Assembly: GCA_964016885.1 (NCBI GenBank)
Contig: OZ024759.1
Span: 9,920,001-9,984,000, forward strand
Origin: Eledone cirrhosa
Taxonomy: Eukaryota
Direction of reading: 5' to 3'
Length of the DNA: 64,000 nt
This document shows positions 25,894 to 39,610 of this stretch, piece by piece. The position numbers and the translations under genes are program-made. The notes under the pieces are model-generated. The model did no database searches. It was not told the origin of the DNA and saw only the letters and a list, made by a program, of their open reading frames with translations. Position 1 is the stretch's first letter; each line of letters begins with the position of its first letter.

Positions 25894-25961
25894 TGTATAT
25901 ATATATATATAGAGTGTGTGTGTGGGTGGGGTGTGTGTGTGGATGGGTGTGTATGTGTGTG

Positions 25962-25997
<36 letters not shown>

Positions 25998-26164
25998 GTG
26001 TGTGTGTGTGGTGTGTGTGGTGTGTGTGGTGTGGTGTGGTGTGGTGTGGTGTGGTGTGGTGTGGTGTGGTGTGGTGTGGTGTGGTGTGGTGTGGTGTGGT
26101 GTGGTGTGGTGTGGTGTGGTGTGGTGTGGTGTGGTGTGGTGTGGTGTGGTGTGTGTGTGTGTGT

Positions 26165-27070
26165 GTATATCTGACTGTCGTGTTCCTCTGGTCTATAGGT
26201 GGTCAAGTGATTGTCTCGTTTTTTGAAGTTAGTGTTACAGATAGTTAGGTTGTTTGCATCACAGAATTCCAGGATTCTGGAGCCTTCCTCATTTCTAGTA
26301 CCAAACCCATAGCCTCCATGGATTCTGTCATAGTCGTCACAGTGTTGTCCAACGTGACCGTTTAGGTCGCCAGCAATAATTATATAGTCACTGCCAGTTA
26401 TTTGGGAGGTAATGAGCATTAACGATTCAAAGAATCTGTCTTTCATAATTGTTTCTACTTTTGGCACAAGGCCAGCAATTACCCAGTGCATTACTGGTAC
26501 TTTATTTTATCGACCCCTAATGCCAGGTAGTCCGGGTTGGGGTGCATACGCAGATATTATTGAGGACAAGTCTTATTTTAATTATTCTGTCGTTCACTCT
26601 ATTTACGTCTATTATCTTTTCTACCCATTTTTCTGCTAACATGATTCCTACTCCACCCTGCCCATTGTCATTTCCCACCCACAAAAGCTTATAGCATCGT
26701 TTCTTACCCACAATGAATCTAGCAGACCCACCCCTCCACCTGGTCTCTTGAATACAGCAAACATCAACCACCTTACGTTCAAGCATCTCTACAACCTCGT
26801 TAGAGCGACCTTTTAAGGTGCCTACATTCATGGTACCAACTCTGAAGTTTTGGATTGCGTTTGGTGGGTGGGGAGGACAGGGCGCAGGGAGGGGTGAGGG
26901 AGATGGGGCTATGTTAGCCGTTTGCGGCCTAAATAAAGAGGAGGAGTCCTTGCATTCACGTCCGGCAGCATGGGGTGAATTTGTCTTTGGCATTGTCACT
27001 GAGTGTCCAGATGTTTCAGACTCTCCAGAATTCCGTAGTCCATCCATCATATCGAAAGGCAACCAGGTCT
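26165..27070 (-). mobile_element. RTE-type LINE 5' region (APE endonuclease), interrupted by a SINE fragment at 26447-26518
   Basis: RVGTMNVGTL, DVCCIQETRW, IIAGDLNGHVG, GYGFGTRNEEG, ICNTNFKK. Confidence 0.88.
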
Positions 27071-27924
27071 AAACTTAAGTGATAACATAGGCCGCTGACT
27101 TATGATTGATCCAAATAATAATGGTGGTGAGTGGGGGGCAGGGAAGGGATCTGGGGTAGTTAGCGAGAAGGTTATAAAATAAAATCCACAAAATTTTGGC
27201 CATAATTGAACGAGCATATAACTGTAATAAGGGAAGAATTATGGGATTTTAAAATACAAGAAGATTATTTTGAACGATCAGACAGAATTATCGAATAGCA
27301 TTGAAAAAGATAAAAGAAGAGGTTGTATTCTGGACGATAAGATACAGATAGATGAATGGACAAGGGAACATGGAGAGACAAGAAAATAGGATTCGTACAT
27401 TACATTACATTTCACAGAAGTTTGAGCGAGCGATGTAGCAAAGAATATGGGTCAACAAATTCTGAGTTTCGTACACCGCAACAGTTTATTTTATGTTTGA
27501 AGAGAGAGGGGATGGGATTGAAAGAGAGCCAGCAGGCATGTATACAATGTATGGGGGGGGGAATAGTAGGGAGCAGGAAGGTTAATTTAATATATATTAA
27601 TTAAAGGTTAATTAGTCTCAATGAACGGATAAACTATTTAGATAAGATATCACTCAGAGAAGCAATATTACATTTTAAATTTAATTGAGAAAAACTCTAT
27701 TTATGGGAGTCTAAGGCAGACAGACAAAACTTGAAGAATTAAACTCCCCTGTAGAGTATTCCAGATTCTTCAAATATTGCTATTTCCAATAAATTATTTC
27801 TTCTGTAAATGAAACCATGATAGGGAGATCTTTATATAAGCAAAACTAACTAAAATATTTTATTTGTCCATCCGGCTTATACTCCCATAAATTGAGTTTT
27901 TCTCACTTGAATTTAATATGGAAT

Positions 27925-29145
27925 TCATCATCATCATCATCATCACCGTTTTACGTCCGTTCTTCCACGCTAGCATGGGTTAGACGGGTTGTCCTGTTGT
28001 GGGCAGTGTCTGGTCGGCTGACCATGCCTTGCTCATACAGGAACTGATCTGGCTTGATTTCTACAGCTGGATGCCCTTCCTAACACCAACCTCATTTACA
28101 GTGAGTGCTGGGTGCTTTTTCGTGGCGCCTACACGTCCACTTTACAGTGTGGGCTGGGTGCTTTTTTGCCGTGGCACCTCCACGACCACCTTGCGGTGGG
28201 GGGGGGGGGGCATATTGTTTATATGCTTCAGCATGTACCCATGGGAGGTCGGGTACCCTGTATTACTGCGTGACGCCAGAAGTCACGGTCGTGTATATAT
28301 TGTAAAGTGTTAGTGTAGGTATCACAACAAAAAGCACCCAGCCCACACTGTAAAGTGGTCGTGTAGGTGTCATGGCAAAAAGCACCCAGTCCACACTGTA
28401 AAGTGGTCGTGTAGGTGTCATGGCAAAAAGCACCCAGCCCACACTGTAAAGTGGTTGTGTAGGTGTCATGGCAAAAAGCACCCAGCCCACACTGTAAAGT
28501 GGTCGTGTAGGTGTCATGACAAAAAGCACCCAGTCCACACTGTAAAGTGGTCGTGTAGGTGTCATGGCAAAAAGCACCCAGCCCACACTGAAAAAGTGTT
28601 AGTGTAGGTGTCACAACAAAAAGCACCCAGTCCACATTGTAAAGTGGTCGTGTAGGTGTCACGACTAAAAGCACCCAGTCCACACTGTAAAGTGGTCGTG
28701 TAGGTGTCACAACAAAAAGCACCCAGCCCACACTGTAAAGTGGTCGTGTAGGTGTCACGACTAAAAGCATCCAGCCCACACTGTAAAGTGGTCATATAGG
28801 TGTCACAACAAAAAGCATCCAGCCCACACTGTAAAGTGGTTGTGTAGGTGTCACAACAAAAAGCACCCAGTCCACACTGTAAAGTGGTCGTGTAGGTGTC
28901 ACAACAAAAAGCACCCAGTCCATAATGTAAAGTGGTCGTGTAGGTGTCACAACAAAAAGCACCCAGTCCACACTGTAAATGTGGTTGGTGTTAGGAGAGG
29001 CATCCAACCGGAAAAACCAAGCCAAAATCAGTACTGTGTGACCGAAACATGGTCCCCTGACCTAATCACACTCAAAGGAACAGGCTGTCCTACCCATGCT
29101 AGCGTGAAAGATGGATGTTAAACAATGATGATAATGATGAGGATG
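27925..29145. mobile_element. Head-to-head RTE 3' tails; the right one carries a 40-bp minisatellite (28300-28985)
   Basis: (cat)n/(gat)n tails; unit aaaagcacccagtccacactgtaaagtggtcgtgtaggtgtc. Confidence 0.8.
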
Positions 29146-29308
29146 ATATATTATGATTGAATTTACAGTGATAAATCGAACAGCTGAATCACAGCTTTAA
29201 ATATCAAGAATATGTAATTGTTGATCTCTTGGACTTTTACAAAGTGCTGAGGGAATAAAGTTAATATAAAGAATGAAGCAGCTTATGGCAACTTCTTTTT
29301 CTATCTTT

Positions 29309-29833
29309 CAACCCTTTAGCATTTACATTATATATACTATTCAAATCCCACCGAGGTTGACTTTGCCTTTCATCCTTACGGGGTCGATAAAATAAAGTAC
29401 CAGTAATACACTGGGGAATTTGCTGGCCTTGTGCCTAAAGTAGAAACAATTATATATACTATTGTATTTTTTCAGTAAAGGCTTTATTTCACATAATCTA
29501 CTAGATTTTGATATTTATTTTGAGGGCAGTGGATTGGCAGTATCGGTAGAGCGTCAGACACCATGCTTTGCAGCATAGAGTTACGACTCTTTACGTCCTG
29601 TGTTCAAATGCTTCTGAGGTTAACTTTGCCTTTCATCCTTACGGGGGTTGATAAAATAAAGTACCAGTAGTGCACTGGGGTAATTGCTGGCCTTGTGCCA
29701 AAAGTAGAAACAATTATTTATTTTGAGAATAATACCTTCACACCAGAATGAGTGGCCGGTTACGGCCAGTTTGAACAAAAAGAGATGAGAGAATTCTGGC
29801 CAGATACAGCCGGTTTAAATGCTAAAGGGTTAA
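29309..29833 (-). mobile_element. TTAA MITE with two nested SINEs
   Basis: ccctttagcatt ... aatgctaaagggTTAA. Confidence 0.75.
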
Positions 29834-30114
29834 GGGTCTTCTTCACCCTATTTTATAGCATCTCAGCACATGAGAACATTCTTTATAGGAACAAAACATT
29901 TTGTTTAGATTGTTAGTTGTAAAACACTGCACACAGTATGGCATTTACTGGCATCCCCATTGCCATACCACCACCACCACTAATAAAGTGGTTGTGTAGG
30001 TGTCATGACAAAAAGCACCTAGTCCACACTGTAAAGTGGTCATGTAGGTGTCATGACAAAAAGCACCCAGTCCTCACTGTAAAGTGGTTGTGTAGGTGTC
30101 ATGACAAAAAGTAC

Positions 30115-31345
30115 CACCATCACCACCACTACCACTAATACCACCATCACCACCACCACTAATACCACCATCAACACCACTACCACCACTAATACCACCA
30201 TCATCACCACTACCAACACCGCCACCATCATCACCACTACCACCATCACCACCACTACCACCACCACTACCACCATCACCACCACTACCAGCATCATCAC
30301 CTCTACCACCATCACCATCACCACCACCACCACCAACACCGCCACTACCATCATCATCACCACTACCACCATCACCACCACCACCATCATCACCACTACC
30401 ACCACCACCATCACCACCAACACCACCACCACCATCATCATCACCACTACCACCATCACCACTACCACCACCATCACCACTACCACCACTACCACCATCA
30501 CCACCACACCATCATCACCACTACCACCAACACCGCCACTACCACCATCATCACCACTACCACCACCACCATCACCACCACTACCACCACCACCACCACT
30601 ACCACCATCGCCACTACCACCATCACCACCACACCATCATCACCACTACCACCAACACCGCCACTACCACCATCATCACCACTACCACCACCACCATCAC
30701 CACCACTACCACCACCACCACCACTACCACCATCGCCACTACCACCATCACCACCACCATCACCACCACTACCACCACCACTACCACCATCACCACCACT
30801 ACCAGCATCATCACCACTACCATCATCACCACTACCACCATCACCACTACCACCGCCACTACCATCATCATCACCACTACCACCACTACCACCACTAATA
30901 CCACCATCACCACCACCACCATCACCACCACTACCACCACCACCAACACTACCATCATCATCACCACTACCACCACTACCACCATCATCACCACTACCAC
31001 CACCACCACCACCACCACCAACACCACCACTACCATCATCATCACCACTACCACCACCATCACCATCACCACTACCGCCATCACCATCACCATCACTACC
31101 ACCACCACCACCACCACCATCATCACCACCAACACCACCACTACCATCATCATCACCACTACCACCACCATCACCACTACCACCACTACCACCATCATCA
31201 CCACTACCACCATCACCACCACACCATCATCACCACTACCACCAACACCGCCACTACCATCATCATCACCAATACCACCCCTACCACGACCACCATTCCC
31301 AACACCACCACCATCATCCCCACCACCACCGCCACCACCACCAAC
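30115..31345. repeat. (CAC/TAC/CAT)n microsatellite
   Basis: Direct inspection. Confidence 0.95.
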
Positions 31346-31574
31346 CAGCCCTTCATGTCACTGACTTCCAAGGAAACCTTTCAGTGACTGTCTATTGTCT
31401 CTTTAGAAAATAATCTGAAACTCCATATTAAAGTGAAACCTCACTCAACACAACACATTTTAAAATGTTACTGTGGAAATTGTGTTGAGCTTGTTTTAAC
31501 CCCAGGTCAGATCTGCTTGACAAGGAAACTAGGCATTGTATATGTGTATATGTGCAATACATCCAGTGAAGCTT

Positions 31575-33000
31575 CTAGTCCACTCTGTAAAGTGGTTGTG
31601 TAGGTGTCACAACATAAAGTACCCAGTCCACTCTGTAAAGTGGTTGTGTAGGTGTCACAACATAAAGTACCCAGTCCACTCTGTAAAGTGGTTGTGTAGG
31701 TGTCACAACATAAAGTACCCAGTCCACTCTGTAAAGTGGTTGTGTAGGTGTCACAACAAAGTACCCAGTCCACTCTGTAAAGTGGTTGTGTAGGTGTCAC
31801 AACATAATGTACCCAGTCCACTCTGTAAAGTGGTTGTGTAGGTGTCACAACATAAAGTACCTAGTCCACACTGTAAAGTGGTTGTGTAGGTGTCACAACA
31901 TAAAGTACCTAGTCCACTCTGTAAAGTGGTTGTGTAGGTGTCACAACAAAAAGTACCCAGTCTACACTGTAAAGTGGTTGTGTAGGTGTCACAACAAAAA
32001 GTACCCAGTCTACACTGTAAAGTGGTTGTGTAGGTGTCACAACATAAAGTACCCAGTCCACTCTGTAAAGTGGTTGTGTAGGTGTCACAACATAAAGTAC
32101 CCAGTCCACTCTGTAAAGTGGCTGTGTAGGTGTCACAACATAATGTACCCAGTCCACTCTGTAAAGTGGTTGTGTAGGTGTCACAACATAAAGTACCCAG
32201 TCCACACTGTAAAGTGGTTGTGTAGGTGTCACAACATAAAGTACCTAGTCCACTCTGTAAAGTGGTTGTGTAGGTGTCACAACAAAAAGTACCCAGTCTA
32301 CACTGTAAAGTGGTTGTGTAGGTGTCACAACATAAAGTACCCAGTCCACTCTGTAAAGTGGTTGTGTAGGTGTCACAACATAAAGTACCCAGTCCACACT
32401 GTAAAGTGGTTGTGTAGGTGTCACAACATAAAGTACCTAGTCCACTCTGTAAAGTGGTTGTGTAGGTGTCACAACAAAAAGTACCCAGTCTACACTGTAA
32501 AGTGGTTGTGTAGGTGTCACAACATAAAGTACCCAGTCCACTCTGTAAAGTGGTTGTGTAGGTGTCACAACATAAAGTACCTAGTCCACACTGTAAAGTG
32601 GTCGTGTAAGTGTCACAACATAAAGTACCCAGTCCACTCTGTAAAGTGGTTGTGTAGGTGTCACAACATAAAGTACCCAGTCCACTCTGTAAAGTGGTCG
32701 TGTAAGTGTCACAACAAAAAGTACCCAGTCCTCACTGTAAAGTGGTTGTGTAGGTGTCACAACATAAAGTACCCAGTCCACTCTGTAAAGTGGTCGTGTA
32801 AGTGTCACAACCAAAAGTACCCAGTCCTCACTGTAAATAAGGTTGGCGTTAGGAAGGGCATCCAGCTGTGGAAACCTAGTCAAAATCAGTTCTGTATGAG
32901 CAAGACATGGTCACCTGACCTAACATTGCCCACAACAGCACAACTCATCTAACCCATGCTAGCATGGAAAAGGGACGTTAAACGAAGATGATGATGATGA
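31575..33000 (+). repeat. 40-bp RTE-tail minisatellite (~31 copies) ending in an intact RTE 3' tail
   Basis: 40-bp period; terminal ggacgttaaacgaagatgatgat. Confidence 0.9.
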
Positions 33001-33008
33001 TATATACA

Positions 33009-33994
33009 TAGGGTGGCCCAACAGTTGCGATACATAAAAGAAATAATTGTATTTTATACCCCTTTAATGTTCAAACCGGCCAGAATTCTCTACCTTTTTC
33101 TGTTTAAACTGGCTGTAACTGGCCACTCATACTGATGTTAAGGTATTGTTCTCAAAATAAATACTTTCAAAATCTCATAGATTCAATATTATGTGAGATA
33201 TTATGTGAGGCAAAGCCTTTACTGTGAAAATACAATAGTAAATATAGAGTAATGTAAATGTTATGTGAGATATTATGTGAGGTAAAGCCTTTACTGTGAA
33301 AATACAATAGTATATATAGAGTAATGTAAATGTTATGTGAGATATTATGTCAGGTAAAGCCTTTACTGTGAAAATATAATAGTATATATAGAGTAATGTA
33401 AATATTATGTGAGATATTATGTGAGGTAAAGCCTTTACTGTGAAAATACAATAGTATATATAGAGTAATGTAAATGTTATGTGAGATATTATGTGAGGTA
33501 AAGCCTTTACTGTGAAAATACAATAGTATATATAGAGTAATGTAAATGGTATGTGAGATAATTATGTGAGTTAAAGCCTTTACCATGAAAATATAATAGT
33601 ATATATAGAGTAATGTGAATGTTATGTGAGATATTATGTGAGGTAAAGCCTTTACTGTGACAATACAATAGTATATATAGAGTAATGTGAATGTTATGTG
33701 AGATATGTTGAGGTAAAGCCTTTACCATGAAAATATAATAGTATATATAGAGTAAAGTAAATGTTATGTGAGATATTATGTGAGGTAAAGCATTTACCAT
33801 GAAAATATAATAGTATATATAGAGTAAAGTAAATGTTATGTGAGATATTATGTGAGGTAAAGCATTTACCATGAAAATATAATAGTATATATAGAGTAAT
33901 GTAAATGTTAAAGGGTTAAGAAACAATTTATTCAAAATAAATAAATATGGAAACTTAAAAATTTCCTACGTATTGCGACTTTTGGGCCACCCTG
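33009..33994. mobile_element. Tc1/mariner-like MITE with nested TTAA MITE/72-bp array (33059-33919)
   Basis: TIRs tagggtggcccaacagttgcgatac / gtattgcgacttttgggccaccctg in TA context. Confidence 0.75.
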
Positions 33995-34042
33995 TATACA
34001 TATATATATACATAGCAGAGTGTAAAAGTTTTAATATAGAAG

Positions 34043-34093
34043 AGCTTCTACAGGATTAGAACTGTTTCATTCTTGAGAAATCATCAGGAAGCT
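34043..34093 (-). ncRNA. Type I hammerhead ribozyme motif
   Basis: AGCTTC-CTGATGA-T TTC TCAA GAA T-GAA ACAG TTCTAATC CTGT A-GAAGCT: stem I 6 bp, stem III 4 bp, GUA triplet. Confidence 0.75.
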
Positions 34094-34251
34094 GGCTGTC
34101 CAAGTAAATGATAGTATTTATATCTTTTCTTATCTGATGGTAGGAGAGGGTGGGGATTGGGATGGGTGTAAATACATATATATATATCAATGGTATACAT
34201 ATATATATCAATGATATTAATAAATGGAAACTATATTTATAAAACCATATT

Positions 34252-34309
34252 TATTCTATTATATATATTTCAAGGGTACCAAAATTTTACGCTCTCATCA
34301 GATAAAATA
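34252..34309 (-). ncRNA. Hammerhead motif (left arm of palindrome; 3-nt deletion in stem II)
   Basis: Reverse complement of 34440-34500. Confidence 0.55.
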
Positions 34310-34439
34310 CAAAATTTGTTTTATAAATGGTGACATACCCAAGAAACCAGACCTTATCAGTTCAGGTTCAGTTTGAACTGAACCTGAACTGATAAGGTCT
34401 GGTTTCTTGGGTATGTCACCATTTATAAAACAAATTTTG

Positions 34440-34497
34440 TATTTTATCTGATGAGAGCGTACCAAAATTTTGGTACCCTTGAAATATATATAATAGA

Positions 34498-34500
<3 letters not shown>
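34440..34500 (+). ncRNA. Minimal type I hammerhead ribozyme motif
   Basis: TATTTTAT-CTGATGA-GAGCGTACCAAAATTTTGGTACCCTT-GAAA T ATAT A TA-ATAGAATA; palindromic stem III loop, AUA triplet. Confidence 0.7.
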
Positions 34501-34546
<46 letters not shown>

Positions 34547-34685
34547 CAAAGAGATATTTAATTTGTTGGTTATTCAACAAATTTATTTTTTAACAGATTC
34601 AAACATATATATATATATATTCCAATCTATTGTAAAACTCATTCTTTGATTTATTCATTGAACCTTGTTTAACCTTTAAATATAT

Positions 34686-35985
34686 CATAGCTGAATCAAT
34701 GGCTGAACTAGAGAAGAAATTCCAAACATGGAAGCATGGCCTAGAATCAAAAGGCCTTAAAGTTAACTTATCTAAGACTAAAGTTCTAGTTTGTAGAAAG
34801 GAAAATAGGGCAGAGGTACCCTCAGGGAAATGGCCATGCTCAGTGTGTAGGAAAGGAGTAGGCAGAAATTCCATTTTGTGTCCCAAATGCAAAGTATGGG
34901 TGTATAAAAGATGTAGTGGGATCACAGGTAAACTATCTAAGAACGTAGATTTTATATGTGGCCAATGCTCATGTGCAATAAGTATCAAGTGTCCAAAGGA
35001 TACTAGCTCCTTCTATTGCCCTGATGGTTCTATAGAAATAGTAGACACTTTCCGTTACCTGGGTGACAAAATCAGCAGTGGTGGAGGGTGTTCTGAAAGT
35101 ACAGTAGCTAGAGTCAGAACGGGATGGAAAAAGTTCAGAGAGCTTATACCGCTGTTGGCCACAAAAGGTTTCTCTCTAAAAATGAAAGGCAGATTGTATG
35201 ATGCATGTATACGAACAGCAATGTTACATGGCAGTGAGACTTGGGCATTGTGTGCAGAGGACCTGCGTAGACTGGAAAGGAACGAAGCATGCTCCATTGG
35301 ATGTGTAATAGTAATATACGTGAACGGCAAAGCATAAATGAACTAAGTGAGAAATTAGTAATAAGAGGGATCAGATGCTGTTTATTCGAGAGAAGACTAC
35401 GTTGGTATGGTCACGTGATGTGCATGAAAGACGACAGCTGCATAAAAAAGTGCAGGGCATTCAAAATTGATGGTAGTTACGGAGTAGGTAGACCCAGAAA
35501 AACCTGGGATGATCTCATAAATTCCGACCTCACACACTTACATCTCTCTAAGACAATGTCTCTGGACTGAGATCTTTGGCGCTACGCAGTAATACAGAAG
35601 ACCCGCCTTGCCTATGTACAAAGCGAAACCTACAGTCAGTAGGCACCTCTTAACCAAATATACACCCCAATCCACTACCTCTACCCTATCCTCCCACTCC
35701 CACCAACAGCACGAGATAATGAGATCGAGATCGTGTAGGTGTCACGACAAAAACACACACAGTCCACGTTGTAATATGGCCGTGTAGGTGTCACGGTAAA
35801 AAGTTCCCAGTTCCACACTGTAAATGTGGTTGGTGTTAGGAAGGGCATCCAGCCGTAGAAAACCTGCCAGATAGACCTATATGAGCGAGACACGGTCACC
35901 CGACCAACCTTGCCTCAAGTGGGACAACTCCCGTCTAACCCATGCTAGTGTGGAAAATGGACGTTAAACGAAGATGATGATGATA
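34686..35985 (+). mobile_element. RTE LINE 3' half (RT C-terminus with Cys-rich zinc-finger insert) and 3' UTR
   Basis: GLKVNLSKTK, WPCSVCRKGVG...C.KC...KRCSG...[22 protein letters not shown]; frameshift near 35290. Confidence 0.9.
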
Positions 35986-36286
35986 TATATAAAATTGAAA
36001 AAACATGAAGAATAACATGGTCAACAGTACAAAAAAGGGGAATTTATTTACCGTCTAACAATTGTTTCTCTGATTGAGTTGTCTAAAACTATCCATAATA
36101 GGAAGTATTCACAACCTCTAACTGGATTACCTATAACGATATTTTGTTATCCCTTATATATATATGTATATATAAACGCCAGTATCAACAGTTTGCCAAG
36201 AGACAGCAACACGAATGGACCTGTTATTTTTATCTAAAGACATTTTTTTCAATTCCACCCCTCAATCTGTCATATTTCTCATTCTT

Positions 36287-36322
36287 TCTTCTGATGAAGG
36301 ACTAGCGTCTGAAACGTTAAGA
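36287..36322 (+). ncRNA. Ultra-minimal hammerhead motif (no stem III loop)
   Basis: TCTT-CTGATGA-A GGAC TAGC GTCT-GAAACGTT-AAGA. Confidence 0.55.
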
Positions 36323-36517
36323 CCCTCTTCCTGCTATTTCAAGCGTTAACCTAATATATACCTTACATATACTGTACCGATTATGTTGTTATTTCTGTTT
36401 ACTTTTTACATACATACATATATATATATATATTTATATTAAGTGTATTGAGTTCAAAACTCAAGCATTCCTTTACAATGAAATAGCTCAAAGAAAGAAA
36501 TATTTCTGAGCCATATA

Positions 36518-36701
36518 ATACAAGTAAATATAAATTAATATATATGATGAAACACAAATACCAACATATCTGTGTTTATATTGTAAAAGAAATTAAGTTA
36601 GCTAGAATGAAATATACTAATTATAATTTCTTTTACAATATAAACACAGATATGTTGGTATTTGTGTTTCATCATATATATTAATTTATATTTACTTGTA
36701 T
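36518..36701. repeat. ~78-bp-arm inverted repeat (same family as 21730)
   Basis: aaacacaaataccaacatatctgtg and its reverse complement. Confidence 0.9.
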
Positions 36702-36909
36702 ATATATTTATATATATTAATCGCTCATACACATGAAACTGACTGGCCTATCTGCTGATATGCAAATCTGGCTGATCAGTGGATCTGCTAATATGCAGAT
36801 CTGACTGATCAGCCAGTAGGCTAATATGCAAATCACGCTGTTCATTCACTGTATATTTTAGAAAATATCATATATTTTCACTAGCACTGGCAGTTGGTAG
36901 GTGATCAGT

Positions 36910-36959
36910 GAACTGTACTGATGAAGGGTAATACCCAGAAACATTAATGTCTGCAGTTC
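36910..36959 (+). ncRNA. Type I hammerhead ribozyme motif
   Basis: GAACTGTA-CTGATGA-A GGGT AAT ACCC A-GAAAC ATTAAT GTC-TGCAGTTC: 8-bp stem I, palindromic stem III, GUC triplet. Confidence 0.8.
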
Positions 36960-37084
36960 TGTTTACATGCCAACACAAGAGCAAGAATGATGGGGTCATT
37001 CTACTGACATAGCTATAAAGAGGCTGTTTGCATAATTGTAAATGAATCGAATATTATTATTAATATTTTAAAAACTCAGATTAC

Positions 37085-37131
<47 letters not shown>

Positions 37132-38059
37132 GTGTTTATACAAAATGTCTTCATTCAAACAAACATTTGCCAGGACAATAGAATATTCTAGAAAGAGAAA
37201 TACAAGAAGAGATTCAAGTAGAGGTCTTTTGTGATTGAAGATGTCTTTTGTTGAGGAATGTTTATACTTCAAACTGTAGTCTGCACACTCTGGAATGCAA
37301 CATACTTACTCAGGGACGCCATCGACACACACAGTCACATTCAAACAGACACACCATTACCAGGCATATTTAACCCGTTAACATTTACATAACTCTATAT
37401 ATACTATTATATTGTGAGGTAAAGGCTTTACCTCACATAATCTCACGTACCATTTACATTACTCTATATATACTATTGTATTTTCACAGTAAAGGCTTTA
37501 CCTCACATATCTCATAACATTTACATTACTCTATATATACTATTGTATTTTCATGGTAAAGGCTTTACCTCACATAATATTTACATTACTCTATATTAAA
37601 GGTTCTCAACGGGGGGCATATGCACCCCCAGGGGGCGTTTTGTAACTCCGGGGGGGGGGGGCGTTTTGGAACAAGGGGGCATCTGGGGGGCGCTAGGGAG
37701 GCACTGGAAGGCTTTTTACTTTGGTAAGTTTTATAAGCCATATTTGTATGTCTCTGAGACAGCCAGTGTGAATGCATTTGAATGAGCATGCAGACAGTAT
37801 AACTATGGTCTGACCGCAGCTGTAAGCAGGTGTGCAGGCGTGTCTAAACATTAACCGGCAATTGTGATCCTAAAAATGGAAAAACCCCACAGTCAACTGG
37901 GTTAAGGACACTTTGAATCTTGTCTTTGCTTCACTGATAACAATGTATTTCATGTCTGAAATTATTGACTCAAGCGTAACGAGTTAACACTATGTAGATC
38001 TATTTTATTCCATATTGTATAAATAATATTACAAATGAAAAAAGAAAAGAAAAAACACA

Positions 38060-39035
38060 AAAGCGGGTAGCACACACATCTAGGACCACATACAACACAT
38101 AAGCAGGTAATACACACATCTAGGACCACATACAACACACAAGCAGGTAATACATACATCTAGGACCACATACAACACATAAGCAGGTAATACACACATC
38201 TAGGACCACATACAACACACAAGCAGGTAATACACACATCTAGGACCACATACAACACATATGCAGGTAATACACACATCTAGGACCACATACAACACAC
38301 AAGCAGGTAATACATACATCTAGGACCACATACAACACATAAGCAGGTAATACACACATCTAGGACCACATACAACACACAAGCAGGTAATACATACATC
38401 TAGGACCACATACAACACACAAGCAGGTAATACATACATCTAGGACCACATACAACACACAAGCAGGTAATACATACATATAGGACCACTAACAACACAT
38501 AAGCAGGTAATACACACATCTAGGACCACATACAACACATATGCAGGTAATACACACATCTAGGACCACATACAACACACAAGCAGGTAATACACACATC
38601 TAGGACCACATACAACACACAAGCAGGTAATACACACATCTAGGACCACATACAACACATATGCAGGTAATACACACATCTAGGACCACATACAACACAC
38701 AAGCAGGTAATACATACAGCTGGGACCACATGCAACACATAAGCAGGTAATACACACATCTAGGACCACATACAACTACATAAGCAGGTAATACACACAT
38801 CTAGGACCACATGCAACACATAAGCAGGTAATACACACATCTAGGACCACATACAACACACAAGCAGGTAATACATACAGCTGGGACCACATGCAATACA
38901 TAAGGAGGTAATACATACATACCCATGCAAGCGTGGAACACGGACGTTAAACGTTGATGATGATGATGATGATGATAGGACTGCATACAACACACAGAGA
39001 GGTAATACATACATCTAAGACCACATACAACACAC
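38060..39035. repeat. 40-bp minisatellite inside the hAT element
   Basis: taggaccacatacaacacacaagcaggtaatacacacatc, >20 copies. Confidence 0.92.
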
Positions 39036-39036
39036 A

Positions 39037-39610
39037 TTGTATCATGTGCTACGGATAACGCAAGAGCAATGGTCGGCCAACATAAGGGTTTCGTCACTCT
39101 TCTGAAGAGAGAAAATCTATCTGTTCATTGTGTCATTTACTGTTCATTGTGTCATTCATCAACAACACTTGGCTGCGAAGAAACTCAGTGAGCCACTGAG
39201 CAAGTCCTTGCAGGTGGCCATTGATGTCATCAATTTTATCAAACACCATTCCCTCAATGAACAAAATTTTCGGCAACTGTGCCAAGATAATGACAAAGAA
39301 TTCGTCAAGTTACTCCTTCATACTGAAGTGAGGTGGCTTTCAAAGGGCAAGTGCCTTACTCACTTCTTTAAACTGTTCGACTATCATTGAGTTTCTTCGA
39401 GGACGCAACACAGAACTGTACAAGAAAACCCTCGATGTGAGGCAAGACTGCGCCTACCTCGCTAACACCTTTGACAAATGCAATAGCGTCATTATGGCTT
39501 TGCAGGGGAAGAAGATCACTTTGCTTAAAGCAAGGAATGCCGTGAAAACATTCCTGGCCAAATTGAATGTCATCGAAAGGAATCTTTGTTGACGGGAATT
39601 CTATAATTTT
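39037..39610 (+). pseudogene. hAT (SCAND3/ZBED5-like) transposase fragment
   Basis: CATDNARAMVG, HCVIHQQHLAAK, LLLHTEVRWLSKG; frameshifts. Confidence 0.85.

Larger units (their letters stand above)
34247..34505. repeat. ~128-bp-arm palindrome carrying hammerheads
   Basis: Axis ~34374. Confidence 0.95.

Noticed and set aside
31786-32952. Cys/His-rich 388-aa ORF resembling zinc-finger repeats
   Set aside because: 40-bp RTE-tail minisatellite with single-base irregularities; non-coding origin is evident.
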